Shown here in pieces: positions 29,842-40,394 of a stretch of 64,000 bases of DNA. The DNA lies in NCBI GenBank assembly GCA_963777955.1, contig CAVZSQ010000015.1, positions 290,899 through 354,898 on the forward strand. The letters run 5' to 3'. Position 1 is the first letter of the stretch. Every line of letters begins with the position of its first letter. This DNA is from Calditrichia bacterium (GTDB taxonomy: Bacteria; Calditrichota; Calditrichia; JAJRVZ01). The notes beneath the pieces are model-generated. The model saw only the letters and a list, made by a program, of their open reading frames with translations. It had not been told where the DNA came from and ran no database searches. Position numbers and translations under genes: made by a program.

Positions 29842-31054
29842 ATGCGCACAATTCATGCATATCGATGCCGATGCATTCTTCGCGTCGGTGGAACAGGGCT
29901 TCAATCCCCTGCTGCGCAACCGCCCGGTTATTGTCGGCGGCAGTGCCGAACAGCGCGGGGTGGTTCATACGGCCAGTTACGAAGCCCGGGCCCTGGGTAT
30001 CCGCACCGGCATGCCGCTGATCCAGGCCAAACAGATTTGTCCTGCGGCAGTTTTTCTCAAGGGCAACTACGAACACTACCGGGCGGTTTCGCTGATTTTC
30101 CAGGAGATATACCTGCACTACACACCGGCGGTTGAGTTTACCTCGCTGGATGATGCCTACCTGGAATTAACCGGCACGCTGCATTTGCACCAGCATCCCG
30201 AACAGGTCGCCCGGCTGATTCAGAATGAAGTATGGGAAAAAACCGGCGTAGGTGTATCCCTCGGTATCGGCAGCAGCAAGGTTATTGCCGGCATCGCCTC
30301 CGGCCTGAAAAAACCCAAAGGGATCGTGTACGTGGAGCCGGGCCAGGAAAAAGAATTCCTGACCGGCCTGGACGTGGACCTGCTGCCGGGAATCGGCCGG
30401 GTGGCCAAGGAAAAACTGACCGATCTGGGTATTTTCAAAGTGGGGCAACTGGCCCGCCTGTCGCGCTTGCTGCTGGAACAGTTGTTCGGCAGCAACGGCA
30501 GCAAATTCTGGGAGCTGGCCAATGGGTTCGATGCCCGCGAAGTGCAACGGCGCATTATTCCGAAGCAGATCAGCCGCGAAACCAGTTTTGAGGAAGATAC
30601 CGCCGATGCGGGTCTGATCCGGGGCACCTTGCAGTACCTGACCGAACGCATCGCCAAAAAACTGCGCGAGCAGGAATTATCATGCCGCACCCTGGCGGTG
30701 AAAATACGCTACTCCGATTTCAGCGCCCAGAACCGCTCCTGTTCCCTGCCCTGTCCCAGCAACGACAGCCAGGCGCTGTTCCGGACCGTGCATGCGCTTT
30801 TCGAGGAGATGTGCCTGCGGCGCATCCGCATCCGCCATGTGGGAATTGCTGCCAGCCATATCGAGCCGCTGAACTGGCAGGTCATGCTGTTCAATCAGCG
30901 CAGCCGCCAGGAAGCCCTGAACAGTACCCTCGACGTCATCCGCAATAAATTCGGATTCATGTCCATATTGCCGGCCGAGACCATTGAATTGAAACGCAAA
31001 TACCGCCTGCAGCCGAACGGATATATATTGCATAATCCGGCGCTGACGCGATGA
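29842..31054 (+). CDS. dinB: Second Y-family DNA polymerase (DinB-like), LexA-controlled; probable 1-nt indel at 5' end
   Basis: MRTI/MHIDADAFFASVEQ, ASYEAR..G, SLDDAYL, KPKG; clamp-like QVMLF. Confidence 0.88.
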
Positions 31055-31180
31055 AATAAAGGGTAAAGTCGGAGATCTGGCGTTAGACAGATCGGAGATC
31101 TACCAGGTAGAGATAAAGGTTAAAGGATAAAGGGCAAAGGTTTGTCTGATGGGATTAAATATAGCAGAATCAGTTTAATT

Positions 31181-31915
31181 TTACAGCAGAAATGATAAAA
31201 TGGCCAACACGATTGATATGATTGATGTATACCTGAGAAAAATTCTGTAAGAGTTTTCATTATTTTTTTTATACTTATAGTCCATTACAACTGAGGCATA
31301 GCCAGCAAAAGCAAACAAAAAACTCAGACCAGAAATCAGGATGCTTAAACCGGGTGAATTACTGAATATTTTTATGATGCTATCATCGTTTATATTAGGG
31401 AAAAATAAAAAGATAAGAGCCAGTGTCGAAAATACCAAATTTTGGATTTGGGTGGCCAGGGAAATTCGAGTGCCGACATACTTTCCATTTTTATCGATAT
31501 ACCCTTCTCTGTCTTCAAAAAAATTATCAGCGAATATCCAGATCATATAGATATCCTCATCGGGAATATCACCTGCTGTTGCTTCGGGATAATATCCGGA
31601 TCAATCATTGCTTCGCTTATATTCCTCAATTTAAGATGTTTTAATAACTCGTTATAATTATCGAATTTTTGATTAATGTAGGTTACCGTCTTTTCCTTCC
31701 TTTATATCATATAGATCACTCTCGTCAGAAATATCACCTGCTGTTGCTTCGGGATAATATCCGGACTCAATCATTGCTTCGCTTATATTCCTCAATTTAA
31801 GATATTTTAGTAACTCGTTATAATTTTCTGAATATTTTTCCCGGTCGATTGAATTGTAGCTTCAACCAGCTGCCTATCTGTATACTTTGCGTAATCCGGC
31901 TTTTCATTTTGAATT
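31181..31915 (-). pseudogene. Decayed membrane-protein gene with internal tandem duplication
   Basis: AT-rich. Fragments KPDYAKYTDRQL..IDREKYSENYNELL followed by a 3-TM ORF (31181-31546). Confidence 0.45.
31543..31825. repeat. Direct repeat, ~95-bp core x2 (31565-31659 and 31730-31825)
   Basis: AATATCACCTGCTGTTGCTTCGGGATAATATCCGGA...GTTATAATT occurs twice with 3 differences. Confidence 0.9.
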
Positions 31916-32127
31916 GCTGATAATTTGTATTCTTACGGAGATTCAATTCACACCTGTAAAATTTTATGTTTCTTGAAGTTGAAATTTATCTTCCGGATTA
32001 AAATTGAAATCGTATTCCGATATTAATTGTACGCGGGAATAAACGATAATTAATGTTTTCAGTTTTTATTATAAATTTCTCATTCAGTATATTCTGCATT
32101 TCTTAATAATGCTCTGCTAAAATATCA

Positions 32128-32337
32128 CGTCCCTGACGGGACTTAACAGAAATTAAGGAATATCATGTTGCTACAAATATTTTGTCCCTCCGGGACATTT
32201 GATAATAGCCCGGCAATTTATTGCCGGGATTCGAGAATCAAAAAATCATTCCGTCCCGAAGGGACGGTCGAAATTATTATTATTCATGTTCCCGGCAATA
32301 AATTGCCGGGCTATTCTCATAAGATCCCTTCGGGATC
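32128..32337. mobile_element. REP-like/MITE of the type associated with IS200/IS605 (Y1) transposases; non-autonomous
   Basis: Nested palindromes GTCCCTGACGGGAC, GTCCCTCCGGGAC, CCGTCCCGAAGGGACGG and GATCCCTTCGGGATC; inverted pair AATAGCCCGGCAATTTATTGCCGGG / CCCGGCAATAAATTGCCGGGCTATT. Confidence 0.7.
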
Positions 32338-32370
32338 AAATCAGATCAAACAATTACTCAGGTAATTTGT

Positions 32371-33096
32371 CTATTTTGCCAGAGCATTAAAATACAATAT
32401 AAGTTCATCAGTCGATGCCGTAAGCGCCTGAATAGACGCTTCCCGCTCTGCCCGCTTCATTAAATCATTTTTATTGACATCTTTGCTCCCTTCTTTGGCT
32501 AAGATCTCTTTGGTGATGATTGTAGTAAAGGGAATAATTCCGGTACGAACATCGAACACTACAAATTCACAGGTGCTGAATGCCTTAACCCTGTCTTTCC
32601 CCAGAAAAACATATTTATAATATGTATCACTGGTCAGTCTGAAAATCAATAATACATCCGACTGTAATCTTACCGCCGCTTCACGTAATACGGGAACTGT
32701 TGCGTCTTTAGGTAAAAGCATTGTAGGTAAAGGTGTAACTTCAACGACCCGGTCTAATGATAATAATTTTGCAGAAACAGTATCGATGAAATGCTGCTGT
32801 AATTTCAGATAATCTTCCGAACGCCAATAATAGTAACCATAGAACTTGGAAGCTCCGAGGTGTTGATCGTTGCCCTCATATTTTATCAGGGCAATCCTTA
32901 TTTTTTCCGGAAGTACGATCTTGCTGTTCATAATCTGATCAACCACATCCTGACTCATAATGACCTGATCGGAACGGAATAATGAGGATTCCAGCTTGGG
33001 ACGTTCCTGATAATCGGGAAGGTAAGACATGGTTGGTGCTGCGCAACCGATGAGTAAAAAAAGTGGAACTAATAAGATGGATTTTTTCATGAACAT
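32371..33096 (-). CDS. Putative lipoprotein
   Basis: Lipobox LIGC; GGAGG RBS; alpha/beta body ending DVRTG.IPFT. Confidence 0.7.
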   Translation of the reverse strand: MFMKKSILLVPLFLLIGCAAPTMSYLPDYQERPKLESSLFRSDQVIMSQDVVDQIMNSKIVLPEKIRIALIKYEGNDQHLGASKFYGYYYWRSEDYLKLQQHFIDTVSAKLLSLDRVVEVTPLPTMLLPKDATVPVLREAAVRLQSDVLLIFRLTSDTYYKYVFLGKDRVKAFSTCEFVVFDVRTGIIPFTTIITKEILAKEGSKDVNKNDLMKRAEREASIQALTASTDELILYFNALAK

Positions 33097-33214
33097 TCCT
33101 CCTTGCTTACAGCAGTATGAACGGCCTCACGCCGCGGTTAATGCGAACTGATTATTACGATCTTTACGATTCGGTACTTGCAATTCAGTCTATGGTTGAT
33201 GCCGGTGGCAGAAA

Positions 33215-33601
33215 TTAATCCCGTAATATTATACCGTCATATGTATCAAATGTAATTTGTCGTTGCTGACGATCAAAACGTACTCGTACAGTCACTGTAT
33301 CTTCAAGCCTGAATCTGAAGGTATCCATTAAATCATAATCATATATCTTGAATTCAATAAGATGAGAACCCGGAGGATAGTAGTGCAATCCGCTGGTCCA
33401 GGCCGCACTGATGGAATAGTTGGTTGTCACTCTGCCCGAATACATAACGTCATTATCAATTTCTACCTGGATGGAATCGTTTTGAAAATCCCATTCTACG
33501 TCGATGGCCAGGCCGGCAAGGTGACTGTCGGAATCTACTGATTGACCACAGCAAACAAATAAAAGCGAGAGGAAAAGAATTACTTTATACATGTGTATCA
33601 T
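33215..33601 (-). CDS. Putative small lipoprotein, beta-sandwich
   Basis: Hydrophobic N-terminus with FVCC; beta-rich 128 aa. Confidence 0.6.
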   Translation of the reverse strand: MIHMYKVILFLSLLFVCCGQSVDSDSHLAGLAIDVEWDFQNDSIQVEIDNDVMYSGRVTTNYSISAAWTSGLHYYPPGSHLIEFKIYDYDLMDTFRFRLEDTVTVRVRFDRQQRQITFDTYDGIILRD

Positions 33602-33955
33602 TCCATATCTTAAATTTAGTTAATTTCTAACACAATAATAAGGTGAAATAATACGTCTTATTTCCAGAAATGATGAACTGCTAACAGGTATTAATATAAC
33701 CAGCGGATCAGCGATGTCCAAAGAAAAATATTTTCCAGAAATTTGTGATATCTGGCACTATCATGATCAGAGAGTTTTACGATACTAAATTAGATACTGG
33801 TTTGGTAAGTATGGGAAGCCGGGTAATATTCAACTAATTATTGAACCAGTCGAATATAAAAATTCCCGATCGTTGTTCACGGGTACATGCTCTTGTAAAA
33901 GTAGCGGAGCTTTTGTAAATTTTAAGTGGTAGGTGTTATAATAAGTAAGTTCGTT

Positions 33956-34408
33956 ATGAAAACTGTGGAAATATATACCGATGGTGCCTGTTCGGGAAAT
34001 CCGGGACCGGGTGGATACGGCGTGATCCTGAAAAGCGGTTCACATCAACGTGAAATCTCGGCTGGATTCAGAAAAACCACCAACAACCGAATGGAGCTGC
34101 GGGCGGTGATCGAGGGTTTGCGCCTGCTCAAAGAACCCTGCCAGGTTACTGTATATTCCGATTCTAAATACCTGGTCGATGCGGTACAAAAAGGCTGGGC
34201 CCGCCGCTGGCAAAAAAATAACTGGTATCGCAATGTACGCGAAAAAGCTCTGAATACCGATTTGTGGACCACTTTGCTGGAGATGCTGGAAAACCACCAG
34301 GTAAAATTCCACTGGGTACGCGGACATGACGGTCATCCTGAAAACGAACGGTGCGATCAATTGGCCGTCCAGGCCACCAACGGAGAAAACCTGCAAAATG
34401 ACCTGTAA
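33956..34408 (+). CDS. rnhA: Ribonuclease HI
   Basis: [41 protein letters not shown]. Confidence 0.95.
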   Translation: MKTVEIYTDGACSGNPGPGGYGVILKSGSHQREISAGFRKTTNNRMELRAVIEGLRLLKEPCQVTVYSDSKYLVDAVQKGWARRWQKNNWYRNVREKALNTDLWTTLLEMLENHQVKFHWVRGHDGHPENERCDQLAVQATNGENLQNDL

Positions 34409-35518
34409 AATTTTCTGGAAATCTTTGCTTACCATTCTGATCGCTGTAATCATCAGTAATTGTGCTTTACAGGGCGGATTCATACCCATTCATACCATCC
34501 GCATTGAAGACATCCAGGTTCAAAAAATTTTTAGAAATAATGCCGATGTGGAAAAAATAACTGCCCGCTGGCAGAAAAGAAAAATTGACCTGCTCTCCCA
34601 GCCGCAGAATCAGGTAATGGCCACCTACTCCCTGGTGGATGATTATACCTATAAAGGCCGCAGCAGCAATGACGCCAGATTGATCGGTACAATTTATTCG
34701 CTGGGCAACAATAGCGGGATGAGCTGGAAAGATGCAAAAAAATCGGATAAAAAAAATAATGATGATCTGGTGTTTATAATTGAACCGGAAGTACGCGAAG
34801 ATAAATTCGTTGATATGGTCTATATCCCTGGCGGTTCTTTTAACATGGGCAGCAATATGAACAAAGAGGAACAACCTGTTCATCAGATTACCGTCAGCGG
34901 ATTTTATCTGGATAAATACGAAGTAACCGTCGCGCAATTCCGCGAGTTCTGCAAAGCGACACGGCGAACCATGCCGCCGCAACCGTATTGGAGTGAAGAC
35001 CGGAATCCGGTGATCAACGTCTCCTGGAATGACGCCTTGGCCTTACGCCAGGTGGAAACGTAAACGCCTGCCCAGCGAAGTCGAATGGGAGTATGCAGCA
35101 CGCAGCGCGGCCAAAGGCTATTATTATGCCTGGGGTAACATCGATCCCGCCAAGAAAATGGGAGGAAATGTTGCCGATGAAACACTGCGCGGCGAAAAAC
35201 AATTCTGGACTGTCTGGAAAGCCTACCATGATGGTTATGTTTATACCGCCCCGGTCGGTACATACTACAGTAACACTTTTGGACTGTATGATATGACCGG
35301 TAATGTTTCAGAATGGTGTAATGACTGGTACAAAGAGGACTATTATAAAGCCAGCCCGGAAATAAATCCTAAAGGCCCGGAAAAAGGCAGTCACAAAGTT
35401 ATCCGCGGGGGATCCTGGAACCTGGGTCCCAGGGATGTACGTACTACCAAACGCCAGCATCTGCGCCCGGAGGTAACTCTGGATTATGTCGGCTTTCAGA
35501 TGTGCCCAGGATAAATAG
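34398..35518 (+). CDS. Lipoprotein with FGE-sulfatase (SUMF1/EgtB/PvdO) domain; frameshifts near 35040 and 35495
   Basis: [57 protein letters not shown](RC). Confidence 0.85.
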
Positions 35519-35523
35519 ATCTT

Positions 35524-35585
35524 AAATTCCAAGAACCAATACCCAAATTCCAATAACCAAATTCCAATTACCAAATTACAAATTA
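35524..35585. repeat. Heptamer tandem array (CCAAATT/CCAATAA type)
   Basis: AAATTCCAAGAACCAATACCCAAATTCCAATAACCAAATTCCAATTACCAAATTACAAATT. Confidence 0.75.
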
Positions 35586-35637
35586 GTCATTGACAACTTC
35601 CATTGACCCAAGTCCAATTCAGTAGGTACATAGTTTA

Positions 35638-35862
35638 GGTAAAGAATTACACGGAGTGCCACAGAGACCTTCGGCACGGAGTTCCACAGAGAAAAGTATT
35701 TTAAGTTAAAGAATAATGACAGCCTGTAAGTCAAGTATATCTATCGCCTGATTTAACAAATTGAATTTTAATCACTTATTAACAAATTTTAATTATTAAA
35801 ATCCTCAATTTTTCCCCGTGGAACTCTTTAGTTCTCCGTGGCCCTCTGTGTAATTCTTTACC
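35638..35862. repeat. Inverted-repeat element of CACAGAG/CACGGAG units with AT-rich core (MITE-like)
   Basis: GGTAAAGAATTACACGGAGTGCCACAGAG...GTTCCACAGAGAAAA pairs with TTTTCCCCGTGGAAC...CTCTGTGTAATTCTTTACC. Confidence 0.75.
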
Positions 35863-35926
35863 CTGAATAATCATGTTCTTGCTTGTTGGAATTTCTATTA
35901 TTTTTTAAAAAATCTGCATTTTCCTA

Positions 35927-35972
35927 TTGCTTTACTTTAAATATTCCTTATTTTAGTGTACAATTGTACACT
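35927..35972 (+). promoter_or_regulatory. dnaE2 promoter with putative LexA box AGTGTAC-AATT-GTACACT
   Basis: TTGCTT at 35927, TATTTT at 35949, palindrome core at 35956-35971. Confidence 0.8.
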
Positions 35973-35979
35973 ATATAAT

Positions 35980-38900
35980 ATGACAGCATTCACTCATTTA
36001 CACGTACATAGTTATTTCAGTTTACTGGATGGCCTGTGCAATCCGGAAGAACTGGTGCTGGCGGTAAAAAAGGCAGGCATGAAAGCCGTGGCCCTGACCG
36101 ATCATGACGGCCTGTATGGCGCGGTGGAATTTTACCAGCTAGCCCGGGAATACGGCATTAAGCCCATTATTGGCGCCGAAATAACCTTAAACGACTCCTC
36201 CACCCTGGTGCTGCTGGTGAAAGACCAGATTGGTTATCGTAATTTATGCCAGTTGATCTCCCAAAGCCGTTTGCAGGGGGGGCATTTAAGGCAGCAGTGC
36301 AGTATCGAAGACCTGCGGCGCTCCAAAGAGGGCCTGATTGTCCTCTCCGGCGGCAACCGGGGTCTGCTCACACGATTATTACGCAAAGGGAATCTGGAAG
36401 CCGCTGTAAGTCTGGCCAGGAAACTGCAGGCCTTATTCGCGGATCATTTTTATCTGGAGTTGCAGCATTTTTCCGGCCAGGATACGCTGACCAACCTGCG
36501 CCTGCGGGATATTGCCGCCGAGCAGAAAATAGCGCTGGTCGCCACCAATAATGTTCATTTTCTGTCTTCGCGGGACTGGCAGTTACGGCGTGTCCTGCAT
36601 GCTATCGATCAGAATACCGTTCTGGAGAAGATAACCAGCGCGGGACATGCCGAACAGTATCTTAAATCCCCGGCCCAGATGGCGGAGATGTTCAATGGGT
36701 TTCCGTCGGCATTACGCAATACCGAAAAGATCGTCCAGCAATGCAACTTTGAATTTGAACTGGGTAAACCGGTCTTCCCTTCCGTTGAGTTGCCAGAGGG
36801 CGAGAGCAGTTTTTCTTTTTTATGGAAAAAATGTTTCAAGGGAGCCAGCAGCCGTTATCAGCCGTTAACCCAGGAAGTGATCAAAAGGCTGGAATACGAG
36901 TTACAAACAATCCATACCCTGGGTTTCTCCGAATATTTCCTGATCGTCCGGGATATCGTGGAATTCTGCCGCCGGGAAAATATTCCCTGTGTAGGACGCG
37001 GTTCCGCCGCCGACAGCCTGGTTTCGTTCGTTTTGAATATCACCCAGGTCGATCCCCTGCGTCATAACCTGTACTTTGAACGCTTTTTGAATCCGGAGCG
37101 GCGGGATCCGCCCGATATCGATCTGGACCTGTGCTGGAAAAACCGCGACCGGGTACTGGCTTATGTCTATAAAAAATACGGCAGCGAGCGGACGGCCATG
37201 ATCTGCACCTTTAATACTTTTCAGAGCCGTTCCGCTATCCGCGATGTGGCTAAAACCTTCGGCCTGCCCGAAGACGAAATCGCCAAAATGACCAAATATT
37301 TGCCGTATCATGCCATCGATAAACTGGAAGAGATATTCAGTTCTCTGCCGGAATTACGGGAAATCCGCCACAATCTGCCCATTTATGAAGAAATCATGAG
37401 GGTGGCCCAACGCCTGGCTGATTTCCCCCGTCATTTGTCCATTCATCCGGGAGGCGTACTCATTGCACCGGATCGTATCACCTACTATACCCCGCTGGAA
37501 GTTGCCGGCAAGGGAATTATTATTGCCCAGTACGATATGTATTCCATTGAAAAACTGGGACTGGTAAAAATCGATCTGCTGGGTGTGCGCTCCCTGAGCG
37601 TTATCACCGACTGCCTGAAGTCTGTTAAACATCAGCATGATTCGTCGCCGGCAAGCGGGCTGCGCAAAGGGACTTTAGCGGATCTGCAATTTTTGCTAAA
37701 AAACGCCGATGAATTATCACCGCTTGATTTGCGCACCATTCCGGAAAACGATCCGCAGGTGACCGCTTTGATCCGCAGCGGAAATACCATGGGCTGTTTT
37801 CAACTGGAAAGTCCGGCCATGCGCGGTTTATTAAAGAAAATGCAAATTGAAACTGTCGATGATGTCATCACGGCCGTGGCCTTGATCCGGCCGGGTGCAT
37901 CCGGCAGCGGAATGAAGGATGTTTACATCCGGCGCCGGGCCGGTCTGGAAAAAATTTCCTATGTGCACCCTGCCCTGGCTGCTGTTCTGGATGAAACGTA
38001 CGGGGTGATAATTTATCAGGAACAGGTACTGCGGGTGGCCCAGCATGTTGCCGGTCTGTCGCTGGGCCAGGCCGATATTCTGCGCCGGGCCATGACCAAA
38101 GCACGCAACAAAAAAGAATTCATGTCTGTTTATCAGGATTTCATTAACGGTGCGTTGCAGCGGGGCATAAAAAACGATCAGGCCGAAACCATCTGGCGGT
38201 TTTTAGCCCAGTTTGTCGGCTATGGTTTCAACAAAGCCCATTCAGCCACCTATGGCACCATCGCCTATCAGACCGCCTTCCTGAAACACTATTTTCCGGT
38301 CGAATATATGTGCGCGGTATTGAACAACCAGGGGGGATTTTATTCGCGCATGGCCTACATGGAAGAAGCGCGGCGGCTGGGAATCAGCCTGTTGCCCCCC
38401 GATGTTAATTATTCAGCCCGTGAGTTCAGTTGCGCAAATTCATCCATCCGGGCCGGCTTGAATACGGTCTTTGAACTGACCGAGCGCACGATTGCCCGTA
38501 TTTTACAGGAACGGGCCAATCGTCCCTTTCAGGACTTATTTGATTTTTTGAACCGCAGCGGTGCCGGCGAAAAAGAGTCGGTACATTTGATTAAATGCGG
38601 CGCAATGAATTCCCTGCACCCCAGTGCCGCCCAGTTGCTGCTGCAGAATAAAATATTATTCAGGAATAAGAAAAAAAAACTGGTCAGTGACTTTGTTACC
38701 GCCGACACCACCCTGGCACCATATAATATATACCAGAAAATACTGAATGAACTGGAACTGCTGGATTGTGCGGTCTCGGCGCATCCTTTGACCCTGTTTG
38801 ACCAGCAAATTGAGTGGCCGGAAATCGTGCTGGCGACACAGTTGGAAAATCATAAAGATCAGACTATTCGTTTCTGCGGCTGGCTGGTAACATCCCGGCG

Positions 38901-39171
38901 GGTCAGTACCGGTAAAAAACAGTATATGAAGTTTCTGACTCTGGAGGACAAATCCGGACTGTGCGAGGCAGTTTTATTTCCCGGGGCCTATACCCGTTAC
39001 GGCCAGTTAATCAAAACCCATGGCCCCTATATTATTACCGGCCAGGTCCAATCCCGTTTACCGGGGGAAGCAAATCTGATCGCTGAGAAAGTCGAACTGG
39101 TGGAAATAAAAAAAACCGAACTGGAAAGTTTGCTGCAGAAAAAAATTCCTCCGGAGTGGAGCGACGATTAG
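35980..39171 (+). CDS. dnaE2: Error-prone C-family DNA polymerase (DnaE2-like)
   Basis: PHP motifs HLHVHS/TDH, GRGSAADS, PPDIDLD, PRHLSIHPGG, KIDLLG, FQLESPAM; C-terminal OB fold MKFLTLED; SOS box upstream. Confidence 0.88.
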   Translation: MTAFTHLHVHSYFSLLDGLCNPEELVLAVKKAGMKAVALTDHDGLYGAVEFYQLAREYGIKPIIGAEITLNDSSTLVLLVKDQIGYRNLCQLISQSRLQGGHLRQQCSIEDLRRSKEGLIVLSGGNRGLLTRLLRKGNLEAAVSLARKLQALFADHFYLELQHFSGQDTLTNLRLRDIAAEQKIALVATNNVHFLSSRDWQLRRVLHAIDQNTVLEKITSAGHAEQYLKSPAQMAEMFNGFPSALRNTEKIVQQCNFEFELGKPVFPSVELPEGESSFSFLWKKCFKGASSRYQPLTQEVIKRLEYELQTIHTLGFSEYFLIVRDIVEFCRRENIPCVGRGSAADSLVSFVLNITQVDPLRHNLYFERFLNPERRDPPDIDLDLCWKNRDRVLAYVYKKYGSERTAMICTFNTFQSRSAIRDVAKTFGLPEDEIAKMTKYLPYHAIDKLEEIFSSLPELREIRHNLPIYEEIMRVAQRLADFPRHLSIHPGGVLIAPDRITYYTPLEVAGKGIIIAQYDMYSIEKLGLVKIDLLGVRSLSVITDCLKSVKHQHDSSPASGLRKGTLADLQFLLKNADELSPLDLRTIPENDPQVTALIRSGNTMGCFQLESPAMRGLLKKMQIETVDDVITAVALIRPGASGSGMKDVYIRRRAGLEKISYVHPALAAVLDETYGVIIYQEQVLRVAQHVAGLSLGQADILRRAMTKARNKKEFMSVYQDFINGALQRGIKNDQAETIWRFLAQFVGYGFNKAHSATYGTIAYQTAFLKHYFPVEYMCAVLNNQGGFYSRMAYMEEARRLGISLLPPDVNYSAREFSCANSSIRAGLNTVFELTERTIARILQERANRPFQDLFDFLNRSGAGEKESVHLIKCGAMNSLHPSAAQLLLQNKILFRNKKKKLVSDFVTADTTLAPYNIYQKILNELELLDCAVSAHPLTLFDQQIEWPEIVLATQLENHKDQTIRFCGWLVTSRRVSTGKKQYMKFLTLEDKSGLCEAVLFPGAYTRYGQLIKTHGPYIITGQVQSRLPGEANLIAEKVELVEIKKTELESLLQKKIPPEWSDD

Positions 39172-39644
39172 CCGGTTGACGGCAAGTTGGTACGTAATTT
39201 ATCCAGGTAACGGTTAAGAGCGGACAAATGGTCCGGAGTAAGTATTTTAGCCGAGCGGTGCAAATTTGCAGCAGCGTAATTTATTTCTTCCAGCATTTTT
39301 AAACCTGCGGGTAAAATCTTAACCTCGGTCTGCCGCCGGTCGGCTTTGTGCCTGCAACAACTGACCAGACCTTTGCGTCTGAGTTTTTCGATCAGGCGGG
39401 ACACCCCTGAGTTCTTGTCCATCATTCTTTCTTTAAGCAGGTTGACCGAAGCATACTCCGGATACTGGCCGCGCAGAATACGTAAAATATTGTATTGTTG
39501 AATGGAAATCCTGAACGGTGTGAGCATACAGGAAAGCCGGTCATTAAGCCTGTAGGCAGTGTAGATGATATTGACCACCGTTTTTTCTTCTGCTGTTTTG
39601 AATTGCTTTGATTTAAGTTCGGATTCCAGCTGCATAAAAATCAC
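39168..39644 (-). CDS. MarR-family transcriptional regulator
   Basis: QQYNILRILRG, SRLIEKL..KGLV and DRR motifs. Confidence 0.88.
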   Translation of the reverse strand: MIFMQLESELKSKQFKTAEEKTVVNIIYTAYRLNDRLSCMLTPFRISIQQYNILRILRGQYPEYASVNLLKERMMDKNSGVSRLIEKLRRKGLVSCCRHKADRRQTEVKILPAGLKMLEEINYAAANLHRSAKILTPDHLSALNRYLDKLRTNLPSTG

Positions 39645-39698
39645 TTGCCGCTCCCATCATCCCCCCTCTGAGACGAGGGGGGAAACAGGATGCTATTA

Positions 39699-40283
39699 TT
39701 ACTTTTTTACTAATTCCAGGTTAATTTCGATCGATACTTCCTTTCCAACCAGCAGACCGCCCCCTTCCAGCGCGGTGTTCCATTTTAAATCGTACTCATA
39801 ACGATCGAGTGCGGTGGTGGCTTTAAAACCCACCCGGGAATTCCCCCAGGGATCCTTGATCAGACCTTTTAATTTAGCTTCTAACACCAGCGGTTTGGAA
39901 ATACCGTGCATGGTCAGCACGCCGCTGATTTTATATGTATTTTCAGCGGATTTTTCAAAGGCAGTGCTTTTAAAACTGATCAGCGGGTATTTTTCCGCAT
40001 CAAAGAAATCGGCTGAACGTAAATGATTATCACGTTTTTCATTGTTGGTAAAAATGCTGGCGGTTTTAATCCCGACTTCAACCTGGGCACCATTGAAATC
40101 GTCACCTTTGGTCTGGACCGTGCAACTGAAGTCATTGAACTTGCCGGTCACTTCGGCGATTACCAGATGCGTGATGGTGAAATTAATGTTGGAATGAGCA
40201 GGATCTGCCTCCCAGCTGGTCTGGGCTGTGCTTGAAAAGGCAATCAGCAGAACCATAACACCCATTAAAATAAATCTGTTCAT
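39699..40283 (-). CDS. YceI-family lipid/polyisoprenoid-binding protein
   Basis: Signal peptide; DPAHS.I.F, RDNHLRSADFFD and DPWG motifs. Confidence 0.92.
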   Translation of the reverse strand: MNRFILMGVMVLLIAFSSTAQTSWEADPAHSNINFTITHLVIAEVTGKFNDFSCTVQTKGDDFNGAQVEVGIKTASIFTNNEKRDNHLRSADFFDAEKYPLISFKSTAFEKSAENTYKISGVLTMHGISKPLVLEAKLKGLIKDPWGNSRVGFKATTALDRYEYDLKWNTALEGGGLLVGKEVSIEINLELVKK

Positions 40284-40394
40284 ATTTCCTCCAATGTTAT
40301 TTTTGATTTATTAATCGTATTTTATATTAAATGACTAGTCACCCAATTTTATTCCCGGATATATAATAATATTTAATACCGGAAGACGTAATAC

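Noticed and set aside
32165..32390. Small ORFs 32165-32365 and 32199-32390 (also 35308-35574, 49327-49533, 49861-50055, 53109-53306)
   Set aside because: They are translations of palindromic or tandem repeat DNA with no protein motif.
31543..35518. Diversity-generating retroelement (95-bp repeat as TR/VR, FGE/CLec protein as target, Avd-like four-helix bundles)
   Set aside because: No reverse transcriptase in the window. Repeat differences are not adenine-specific. The repeat is unrelated to the 3' end of the FGE gene.
35956..35979. GTG start of dnaE2 at 35956 (likewise the 28787 start of the DUF6504-like ORF)
   Set aside because: These extensions run through the promoter/SOS box. ATG 35980 (MTAFTHLHVHS) and ATG 28946 fit the protein families.
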